In this document: positions 1-11,600 of the stretch, piece after piece
How positions within the stretch are numbered: the first letter of the stretch is position 1
How the letters are laid out: every line of letters starts with the position of its first letter
Assembly (NCBI GenBank): GCA_030704615.1
Contig: CM060731.1
Coordinates: forward strand, 22,816,001-22,880,000
DNA length: 64,000 nucleotides
Source of the DNA: Takakia lepidozioides
Lineage: Eukaryota > Plantae > Bryophyta
Direction of reading: 5' to 3'
Position numbers and translations under genes: made by a program
The notes under the pieces: generated by a model
Told to the model about the DNA's origin: nothing
Databases searched by the model: none
The model's input: only the letters and a program-made list of their open reading frames with translations

Positions 1-690
1 ACTACTAGGCTCCAACTCATTGTCTTGATCAACTATCAAGTAAATATGAACACATTTGTTTGCCTCTTGTTTGTAAATTTCACCATGGACCCATCATCTT
101 CCAATGCGGCTATTTGCATGTATGTTGCACTATCCTCTACATATGCTAACATTAATGACTTCTCCATTTCAAGAATCCGCCGCTTGTCATGCAGAAGCTT
201 ATCACAGTCAGGTTTCTATAAACCCGCTCGTATTGTTGCTCCCCAGTGGCCATCTTACGGAATGCACATAATAAATCGCATGCTAGTGTCCCGCTAAAAT
301 ATGAGATTTCCCACTGCCATTGTCACCCCACAAACCTGCTTCTGAGTAATCATGCACATTTCCATTAGTTGCATCGATCTACCTTCACAGGTGAATCTGG
401 TGTACATCCCATTCCTATATTATCAACCTTAAAAGTGCATTGCGCACTTCTTGATATTTCTTACGTCCCATATCTCCACGAGTCACCTTTAGTCGAGAAG
501 CTTGCGGGGAAAAACAGCTTGAACACGACGTTTGGATCCACAAATGATGAGTTTGCTACAATTCGTTCAACGATGTGGTCGACCAACTTCTCAGCCCAAG
601 GGTACCACGACGTTAGACCTATAGTCGATGCTGCTACTCCGGTTGGTGGTGCTGCTCGTACTGACATCAAGATAATACAATACAATAATA
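1..690 (-). pseudogene. Decayed P-loop NTPase resembling Crinkler (CRN/CR-NTPase) effector-type proteins; runs off the window edge
   Basis: Manual minus-strand translation across frameshifts gives Walker A GLWGDNGSGKSHILA (~290-337), then LACDLL..ERV..PDCDKLL..KSLMLAY and a Walker B-like YLIVDQDNEL (~13-42). The motif order matches my recollection of the GxxGxGKSHILAA..RVVYxPDC..LYFIVDQxN family. ORF fragments up to ~1390 may be its N-terminus. Confidence 0.6.
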
Positions 691-2436
691 TAGAAGCAAG
701 TATGCAAGTGTGATAAAAGGGAAAATCCTGTGAGAAGAAATTAATATACCTGAAATGATGATTTTGGGTATTCCAAAGATTTTCCTTCTCTTACACACAA
801 ATTGAAGTCGTCTTTCATTCTATATTTCTGATTGTCATAGTGCCAAAGTAGTTCCATGGTTTTGTATTGTGGTGTCCCTTGGGTTATTAGCACCTCCCCT
901 GGACATAATAAAATTTTCGTTCTTTCTTTCTTTCTCTCCACAAGGCAAACCACACACAACAGCACCGCAGCACCGTCGCAACACTTTGTCTTCTAACAAG
1001 ATGACATTGGGCAAATCATTCCAAAATGTGTTCTCAAGTGGGCTTGCTTGTCTTCGGCCTACAGCTTCCGTAGTGAATACATACAAAGAGCAAGTGTGAC
1101 AACATTAAATTTCAAGCATGTTTCCCATGAAAATTCCACGAAATACTACAAATTATTACTGACATATGGCGTGGAGGAGAAGAGAAGAGGATTTGTATAA
1201 AAAGGACAAGATGGATTTGCGCAAGAGTTCTAGCAACGAAATTTGAGAACAATTTAATGCTGTAACTCTGCCCACCTATAGAGACTGGAGTTTCAATGAG
1301 GGCATACAACAAAGGTATCATTGCTACATCATCGTCAACATCGAATATCGCATTACGGTCGTCGGGTGCTTTGTCCAACATCTTCACCTGGCTTTAAAAC
1401 AAGTGAGTGATGCTACAAAATAAGAACGAAAAATAGAAGTTAAACAAGAGGTGAAACATGAAGCACGAAAGCAAGAAGGTGAGTCCTTAGATGCAACAAT
1501 TGAGCTTGAATATATTACACTTCCCGAGACTGACTTTATTTTGGAAGGCATTGACCTCGAAGATATGTATGTACAAATCGAGCTGGTAGAAGGTGGTTCT
1601 CATATGTAAAAAGACGGTTCAATGAAAATAAGAGGCGAGAATGACAAGTGTCGGCAACTTAAACCTAAACCATATGTACAACTTGATCTACAAACAAAAC
1701 AAGGTGATATCAAGTTTGTGACAATAATACCGGGAATGAGAGGGATCAATTTAGCTGACCTCCTTCACCAAGTACAAGCATACTTCAGCGCCCAGAAAAT
1801 GTGGGTAGACATGTAGGGTTTTTTTTAAGGATTTTGAAAAGGGGTACGAGTGGCTATATATATTGGGTGTAGGGTAGTGCAAGTGGCCACTCTAGGTAAT
1901 TTTCCTCGAATTGGTAGGCTACATGTATTTCCACTCTTGCCATATTTTGCGAATCAAATGGATGTTGATGAGCAATAGAAGGCGAAGTACAGAAATAGTT
2001 GAAAGCCATAATCGACGAATGGAACTCTTTCTATGTGAAAACCATAGGCTAATTGGTACAAATGAGGTGTATAGTTATGGCAAGACAGGCGAAGAGCGTC
2101 TCTATGGAACCGGAGGAGGCCCCACAATCCTAAATCCACTCCTCATCTGGCCAGTCAGATCATCCTGCATGGGCCCGCCATGGCTACCCCGGGGGTCCAC
2201 AGGCGAGGACCTTTTTTAGACCCCCAGTTTTTGGCGAAAACTGCCTTATTTGGACGTCTTTTTCCTTTGTTTCATTCACCAAAGGGATTTCCAGGTGGCC
2301 AAATGGCGAAAAATCGCCAAAAAAAAACAACGCTCACATGCCTTCTTTGAACTTCCTCCCATAAAGGTAAATGGGATCCTTGCTGGAGAAGGGGACTCTT
2401 TCTGTTATATGGGATATACGACCTTACGTGGCAGTC

Positions 2437-2513
2437 AAACCTGTCGAGGAGAAACCTGCCGATGGTAAACCTGTCGAGGAGAAACCTGCCGATGGTAAAC
2501 CTGTCGAGAAGAA
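2437..2513. repeat. 30-bp tandem repeat (~2.5 copies) upstream of YSL
   Basis: AAACCTGTCGAGGAGAAACCTGCCGATGGT occurs twice exactly plus a partial copy; it is built of 15-bp subunits. Confidence 0.9.
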
Positions 2514-2686
2514 CACTTCTATCAAAACACCGGCTGATAAAAAAGTTTCTATAAAACTCTAGACTGAATTGAAAAGGTGGGGGAGAGGGGAGCGGAGAGG
2601 AAACCGTGAACTCTGCATCTGACTTGACGTGAGGAGAAGTTTGATTGTCTCACCGTTGTCTCATTCCCCTCAGAATTTGGGCGAAC

Positions 2687-5600
2687 ATGAGTAGCTCCGT
2701 GCTGTCCCTTGATGCGGAGAGCGTGCAGCCTGGAGATGAGAGCCGTGATTATACACAGCTACCCTGCGAAGATGGGAATGTCTGTGCAATCTTGGACAAG
2801 TCCAAAAAGTTTGAACTGTCTCAGGAGCCTTCGGTGGAAGAAGCCTTCGCGAATGTGGAGGTTCCCCTCTGGTGGGACCAGATCACATTTCGTGGGGTGG
2901 CAGTGAGTGTTGTGCTGGGTACGATGTTTTGTCTCATCACCCATAAGTTGAACCTCACTGTCGGAATCATTCCATCTCTGAATGTTGGAGCAGGCTTGCT
3001 GGCATACTTCTTCATCAAGACATGGACGTTTACCTTATCGAAGCTCGGTTTCTGGAGCAAGCCATTTACGCGGCAGGAGAACACTGTCATTCAGACCTGC
3101 GTCGTCGCCTGCTACGGGCTCGCCTTCAGTGGTATAGTACACCACACACCTTGGGCTTGCCGAACATTTGTGGGTGTTGTGTTGAGATTAGCGAACCAGG
3201 AAGGGGATAGAGATTGAGAGAGCGCTGACATGCAGATGTAGGAAGACGAAGTTTAGTAAACGAAGTTTGTTTTAGTTGTTCAGAATTTCTCCATACAGCT
3301 CTTTAGCGTGGCTAAATTGAACTCGAAAATAGAACGCAAAATCTCGAAAGTATGAGGGGTTTGATTGGCAGAGAGAATGTACTCATAAGACGTTGTTTGC
3401 CGTAGCCTTGTGGCCATTGATCCCGCGCCTCGTTTGAGCGGAACACAAAGACAGAAACTACCTTTGTCAGGGTCTGACGCTGCTAGTATGACTTACCTTG
3501 AAACAGACAAATTGATCCGAGTTTTCCAGATATCCTCTCGAAATCCCTTCACACAAAAATCACTCTGCTGTGTGTGATTTGCCCAATAACTAGACCCCAA
3601 TAGGGCCTGGGCCAAAAGCCCAGTCTCTAGATTTTCAAAGTTGGTAAACTTGAATGGCAGGGAGAGAGAGATACACAGAGATATAGACCAAAAACTGCCC
3701 GTTGTCAAGGGCAAGGGCTGGATGGGCGAGCTGGAATTGGAGTTGTCTTGTGCACTTTCTATGAGCAGTTTTGTCACTAAGATAGTGTGTTTTGTCAACA
3801 GAGGAAAAGTTTTCTAATCTGGTTAGGTCACATTGGTGGAACCAGACTCATGTCTTGAACCATGAATTGCTAGGATCACCTCAGATTGTCAATCCAATGC
3901 TTCTGCCAATCAAGGCTGATTCTTAGAAATATTCTCCTTAGTGTTAATCGTTGAAGTACACGATTATTTAACACAATTAGATGGTCTGATTAAGGGGTCT
4001 CCACTGATAGCTGTGGTCTTTTTTTTCCACAGTGTGCAGTTTTTGTGAATGTGGGGGCTACATTCTGAGTGAGTGTCTGTGGACGCTATCAAGTTTCTTT
4101 CTTTCTTTTGTTCGCTTCCTTTGTGTCTCTGTGTTATTACGCCGACCACATGCCCCATTGTCTAACTTTCTGAAATTACACTGACATAGAGGGAAAGATG
4201 TTGATTGATTTACAGGGGGATTTGGGACATATTTGTTGGCCATGAACGGCAAGAGCTACAACAGATTAGGTCCTGACTATCAGGGCAACCATGCTGAGGA
4301 TGTAAAGGATCCAAAATTGGGCTGGATGATTGCCTTTCTCTTCATAGTCAGCTTTGTTGGCATCTTCTCCCTCGTTCCACTCCGCAGGGTATCCTCTCAC
4401 TCTTCTTTCCCACCAAACTAAGGGTGTTAGTATACCTCTTCCTGCTCAGTTAGAGGACTGCCATCCCACCTTTTTATGCTCGGTCCAGAGGCTGTCATTG
4501 CACCTAGGGTTTGGACGATTTTAGATTATGCCAAAAGCTGTGAACCTCCAGAAGGTGAGAATGAACCCCAATCACAAATCTATTCTCTCCTGGAGGACTA
4601 GTCTGCTGTTCTTGTTCTTCCCCCATTTTTCTCTGAACAAATTGGGCATGGGGTCTAATGGTCCCATGGCTACAGCAGGCCAAAGTGAATGTTTCCATCT
4701 GTCTCTTTCTGCTGACATAATTGGGTTTGGCCTTTGAAATTGCTTTTGAGATGTTTCCGTTGGTCCTATACCCCTAAGGAACTGGCAGATTGTGTTGCAC
4801 TTGTTCATCTTGGCTTAAACCCTCAGGTTAAGCAACACTTAAGATTGTTTATCAGAGCAGCAGATCCTGTGGTGTCATCTATAACCCTTTGTAACCCATG
4901 GAATGGTGTTATTATGTTTGTAAATTAATGCAAGCAGCCGGCCTCAACTCCTTCCCACTTGGAGGTAGTAGGCGAACTCATTATGACCTGTATGCAGGAG
5001 AGAGAGAGCGTCTGATTCGTTACTGAAATGCCTTCCCAGTACATAGATGCTGCAGTCTTGTGGCCATGGACCCTGCAGATTTCATCCTCTTCATAGGTGA
5101 CCTCATCGTCAAACTGCCGTAGATCTCTACATCATCCCATCTGGTTGTAGACAAGTAGAGATATACTCTACGGGATTTGCTTGCAAATAGTTTTGTTGCT
5201 ACCCCTGTCTGATAAAAGGCTTGAATGCTTGCTTGAAAATGCACTTTCATTGTGTTGTGTACAGATAATGATACTGAAGTACAAGCTCATATACCCAAGT
5301 GGCACCGCCACAGCAGTTCTCATCAACAGCTTCCATACACCTGAGGGTGCAGAGACCGCTGAGTGAGTTGCATTTCTTGCACAACCCACCACCAATGCCA
5401 ACCAGCTTCCATAGACTGCGAGTCCAGAAATTGCTTCCACTGTAGGAGGGCAAATGGTACATATTTAGATTGAGCAAAGTGTGTCAGTGGATGAAATTAC
5501 TACTGTCCTTTCAGAGTAGTCCGTCTTAGGTGGAGCCTTCAGCAAGGAGGATCTGAAGTGCTTGGCAGATTGACCACTCCAGCTTCAACCAGAGTTTTGG

Positions 5601-8600
5601 GTTATTTCAACATGTTCTTTTGGTTTTCTCATGTAGTTCTACTGTTTCCCATGGGTCCTGTGGGTTTTCTTTGGACAAAAGAAGTATTCCATATTTTTCT
5701 TTTCTTCTCTCTTTGCATTGGGTGTAGAGCAAAGGAAAGGGTTGAGAAGAAATGAGCAGGACCCCAGAACCCCATCAGAAAACCTCATCAGAAAACCTCT
5801 TCACCTCTTCACCTAACACCTCAGTAACGCTGAGAAAAGCCACCAAGGCGAGGGAAGGACCCATAGGTCAGAAGCCCTCAGAAAACAAGAAGTAAAATAT
5901 ACATCAATTTTGAAGCACAACAACCATCACAGGCAGAAGCCAGAACATGCCTGCAAATCGTGACCAATGGTCAGAAAAACACAATATGAAGAAGGGGTTG
6001 GAATAGATCAAGGTTCGTTGTGATATCAAAGCCAGCTCTGACATTAAAGAATCCATCCCTTGCAGTGTAGTAGTTGTTGTTCTAAATGAACGCTGTGGCA
6101 ATAACAGACTGATTGGGTGGTAAGACCCTGGACCTGCTCCTGAAGGCTTACAATCCTTTGGGAACAATTGTCTCAGAGGGTGGATAGCCACTGTTGACGG
6201 ATGCAGTTATCTCTGATGAGTGAATTTCCATTGATAGAACTGGGGATTTGGTTGAAGTGGCTTCAGATGCACCATGTCCAGTGCACATGTATCTTTGGGT
6301 GATCAGCTTATTCGTGTCATATTGATGAGGTTTGACAGGGAGGAAGAGATGAGGACTGATGATTATTTTACGAGTAAGTGCAGGAAGCAGGTGATGAGCC
6401 TAGCGAAGTTTTTTGGTGCAAGTTTCCTGTGGAGTTTCTTTAAGTGGTTTTGGAGTGGTATTGGAGACAACTGTGGCTTTGACAACTTTCCTACTCTGGG
6501 CTTGCAGGCCTTTGCACACACGTGAGCTTTGTTGGACCTTTCCTGTCCACTGCCATTGTTATAGGGAATGACTTTCATACAGAAAATATCCTAATGGACC
6601 ATTATTCCAGTTTCGTAAGTTCCATTGGATGCCTGACAAGGCTATTGGTTCCTTTTGGTCATGTGCAAAACTGGTAGCTATGCGAAGTGGAAAATTCCCT
6701 CATCTACCAGCTCTGGAAGTTGAAGTGGATTTCGTGGGGTTGCAGGTTTTACTTTGACTTCAGGTTAACCTATATTGGTGTGGGTATGATATGCCCTCAC
6801 ATTGTGAACTGCTCCGTGATGCTGGGTGCTATCATTTCATGGGGGATCATGTGGCCTCTAATCAGCTCTCAAGAAGGAAAATGGTTTGCAGCTGATCTTT
6901 CGAGTAGTGACTTCAAAGGGCTCTATGGCTACAAGGTCTCTGCTTTGAGTGGGCCTTTTGTGGTTCTACTGATGTCTTTCTGTGGTTCTTGTTTTGTTGT
7001 TCTACTTGCATCCTGGGCTTCTTCGGGCCTCTTGGACGTAAAATATTCTTTCTTTAATTCTTTCTCTGGTCGTTCTCTCCCTGTCCTCTAGGAAGCCTAT
7101 TGCCATTGGGTGGACTTGATACGGGAGTACATTAATGTCTCTGTGACTAAATGCCGGCCTTGTGACCTCGTGTCCTTGTTTGTTTCGACCTGAAGCGCTT
7201 TGCTCCAGGTAAGGTAGTGCATTGGATTTAGTTGGAAAGCTTGGGGCTTTTCCCTCTTTAGAATATGCCTACACGGGCCATTCCCTGCAATTCCCTGGAG
7301 TGGATCTCTGAATGGTAACAAGCTGACCCCTACCGCTTGGGGGCAGCCCCTCCGCCCAAATTGGGCAGTCGTATGCTCTGTATAGCATACTCGGCACTTG
7401 GGCTCGGGTTGGTTCCTGTGCTTAAACTTATAGCCTGCGAGATCAATCAAAATTTTAGCTCCTATCAACATCAACACTCCCCAGGGTGATTCCTGGGAAT
7501 TGGTTACTTATGCCAAATCTAGGGCTTCATGTGTAGTTTTTGGGGTGAATCCCAGGATGGACGATGTGTCCTTTAAAACTACATGCTCTAGCTTAGGCTT
7601 GGATTTCATGGCTAATGGTTCCATCTCGAGACTTGATAACAGGGGTACGTTGAAGGTTGCAATGACCAAAAGTGCTTCTAATAGAGTCCCACATCAATTC
7701 AATCTCAAAGAAGTTCGCCCCTTGACTGGCTGGAGAGCGGTCTTAGACATTGGTGATTCAATGGGGCGCTCTAGGAAGACAACCAAGGGCAAGGACTTCA
7801 ACTTGAGAGTTTCTAATCGGTTTGATGCTCTGAATGAGGTTGAATCCAAACAGCCAGAAGGACAAGATGCCCCTAAGTGTACAGAACCTGACCGTCCTGA
7901 ATCTGAAGGATTTGGTACTCTGAATGGTTTACCAATCCTCAAGGTTTACACAAGACGAACAAATTCTATACACGGGGTAATTGTCCCCAAGCCGTCAGAT
8001 GGACAATCTGTCCCTAAGTGTGCAGAGCCTGAACGTCGTGTAACTGAAGGATTTGGTACTCTAAATGGTTTACCAATCCTCAAAGTCTACACAAGACGAG
8101 CAAAATCTACACACGGGGTAATTGTCCCCAAGCAGTCTGATGGACAATATACCCCTAAGTGTGCGGAGCCTGTGCGTCGTGTAACTGAAGGATTTGGTAC
8201 CCTGAATGGTTTAACAATTCTCAAAGTTTACACAAGACGAGCAAAATCTACACATGGGGTAATTGTCCCCCCTTTGCAGAACGGTTGGCCGTCCAGGAGC
8301 AATCACAAGCTACCTAGACGACAAACAATTCACATGCAAAGGGCTGGCTTGCGGCTGGCCACTTTCAACTTCTCAGGGCTTACTAACCAAAGGAAGCAAC
8401 TCGAAGTGGGACAAGTCCTTCGGACTAATGATATTCATATCTGTGCTGGGCAAGAAACATGGGAAACGTTGGATAAACTGGTTGGAGATGTCAATGGTTA
8501 TAAATGGGCAGGTAGGATGTGTACTCTCAAGGCAGCCTCTGCCAAACGCGGTCAAAAAGGGGTTGGATTCTTTGTCCGTGATTTCTTGTTTGATAATTTC

Positions 8601-11600
8601 ACAAGGTTTGAGGTACGAGCATAGTATCTGGCTAAAACTGAATCTGAAGGGTGGCATGAGTACGAAGGACCTCTTTGTGGGTTGTGTTTACATGCCCACA
8701 GAGGGGACCCTTAGTGCTGACGCAGACAAAGCCTTCGAAGATGTTAAGCTGGACTGTGCTTCGTTCCTTGCCAAAGGTCAGGTAGTGCTATTGGGTGACT
8801 TCGATGCCCGGGTGGGCAAAGGGCTCCATCAGGACGATATCATTGGGCCTTTTGGTGAGGACGAGCTGAATTCTAATGGCAGACGGTTAATTAACTGTCT
8901 GGAAGAGCTTCAGCTTTTGACCTTGAATAACAGGACAAGAGGTGACCAAGTGCAGTGGACTCGTGAGAAATCCCAAACTGGGGAACGTTCCATTGTGGAC
9001 TATATCATAATGGACAAAAATTTGTTTCCCCAGTGTGCCAATGTGTTGATCGACAGAACTGATATTGGTACCTCTGACCACTTCCTGGTTTGGACTGAGG
9101 TCAAAAGGTGTTTTCCCAACACCAAGAGATCTGTGAAACGTTCGATTCGGAAGTGGCGCATAGAAAAATTCCATAATGAGGAGGTCAAGGCTGAGTACAT
9201 CCAGGCCTTGCAAGAGGCTCTCCCTCACTTTGTCCAATCGCTCCAAGAACTTCAGTCTTGCTCTGAAAACGCAAGAAATGAAGTCGAAAGAGCAGTGGAC
9301 TCTTGGGAGAGTTTCGTTTCCTCCGTGGCTGACAAGATCATTGGGAGGAAACTAATTGTCTGCAGTAGAGCTGTTAATTGGTGGACCAATGAGATCAAAC
9401 TCAAGATAGCTGATAGACGAGCCCTCTATAAAGAGCGCTGCAATTTGAAAACCAACAGAGAATTGTGGGCGAGGTACTACCAGCTCCGTAAAGATATCAA
9501 TCAGCTTGTTAGGTCTCAGAAGAAATTATACTGGGATAAGCTATACAATGAAATAAACTCAAACCACCATGGTGGTAATGACAAGAAATTCTGGTTGGCC
9601 CTTCAATGTTTGTACAAGCCTAAAAACGGTCAGCAAGTACAAGCGCTGAAGACTACTAAAGGTGCAGTGGTGACTTCATCGGTTGACATTGTCAAAACCT
9701 TTGAAAATCACTACAGTATCCTTGGCAGAACTTCTAGGTATAACAGTGAGGGGTCTTCTGCTGAATGGAGGGACACAGTTGGAAAAACTGTTCCTATGAT
9801 TCAAAACAGCCCTGATGAACTGGAGTATATTTCAATGGCTTATAACGCTCCCATTAGTTCTTCTGAGATTGTGGAAGCAATTGAGCATTTAAATGGATAT
9901 AAAGCTGGTGGACCTGATGGTATTTTCAACGAGCTTATCAAGCACGGTGGCGATCCCATGATAGAGGCCCTAGTTCTCCTCTTTAACCTTATCTGGAAGA
10001 CTGAAATGATCCCCTTTCGCTGGCGACAGGGGGTCATTGTCAATCTATACAAGAAGGGTGACAGAGAAGAACCGGGGAACTACCGTGGCATCACGCTCCT
10101 CAATGCTGTTGGCAAGACATTCTGCAGAGTTATAAGTACTCGTCTCGAGGTTGATCTGGAGTCTAGAGGTTGTTTCCACGAAGGCCAAGCTGGCTTTCGG
10201 CGAAACAGGGGCTGTGTGGATCATATCTTCACTCTAAGCCAGATTATTCAGGGAAGGAAAAAAGAAGGGAAACCCACTTATGTTTTTTTCCTGGATGTCA
10301 AAAAGGCTTATGACACAGTGTGGAGAGATGGCCTATGGTTCCGCCTCTGGTCTTGTGGGATCAAGGGAAAGATGTGGAGAGTTGTCCACAACTTGTATGC
10401 TCACACCAAAAGCTGTGTCACTGTTAACGGACAGAAGTCCAACTTCTTTGACATAGACCAAGGTGTAGCTCAAGGATGTACTCTCTCCCCTCTGCTCTTC
10501 AATGTTTTCATCAATCAACTCCTCGAGGATGTGGAAAGTGAGGGATTTGGGTTAAGGGTGGGTGATACCACCATGCCAGCCCTTATGTTTGCGGATGACT
10601 TCGCAGGCATAGGGGAGACTCCAACCAATCTCCAGGAGTTGATTGATTGCGCGAAGAGATACTTTGATCTTTGGGGGCTAGAGGCTAATGTCAGCAAATG
10701 TGCAGTGGTAGCATTCAACGACAGAGGAGAGGGAGGAAGTGATCTTAAGTGGCAGTGGGGTAGCCAAGAGATCCCGGTCCTCCCTTCCTACACTTACCTG
10801 GGCGTTGAGTTTTCCTCCAATTGTAATTGGGATGCACATATCCGGAAAGTTGTTCAAACTGGCAAGGGCAAAGCTCTGGGGCTCACTAAATTTTTCCACT
10901 GCAGAGGGGTCAACTCTGAGGTTAAGAAAACCATGCTTTGTCGCGTTATTAGACCTGCCTTGGAGTACGGATCTGCTATATGGGTTGATAACTCCAACCA
11001 GGCTAAGTCTCTAGAATCCATTCAAGTGGGGGTGCTTAAGGAGTGTATGTCAGCATGCTCCAAAACAGCCAATGTGGCTGTTCGGGGTGAGTTTGGCATT
11101 CCATCCTTAAGCTCCCGACGAGATGAATTCAAGGTCAGATGGTGAGGTCAGCTGCAACATATGCCCAACACCAGATATCCTAAGTTAATCGACTCTATAT
11201 CTTGGAAACAGGACCGCCCTGTCAAACAGGCTAAGTCCTGGCAGAAGAGAGTAGAAGAGAGACATCTTGGATGACCTCAAGGGTCTACCAACTCTCGGCA
11301 CTAGACTGAAATTTAAACTCAGGGCAGGAAGCCTACCTTTGAACAGCAAACAGAAGCAGAGAGGAAAGGGAGAGTGCAATTGCCCGTTGTGTGGGCAATC
11401 TGAAGACAGTATTCATTTTCTGATACACTGTCCGGGGTTCTCTCACCAAAGAGACGCTCTCTTCAACTCTATCAAGGGAATTGTGCCTGTACCCCTGTTT
11501 ACCAACTTCGAAAGTCTCGAGGCTGAGCCAAAAGCCCAGGCCCTCCTGAGGGCTAGTTTTTGGGCAAATCACACATAGCAGATTGCTTGTGTGAAGGGAT

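Noticed and set aside
8263-8610. Programmed frameshift or genuine ORF1/ORF2 overlap in the LINE
   Set aside because: The break falls inside the endonuclease domain and the copy has several other lesions, so mutational decay is the simpler explanation.
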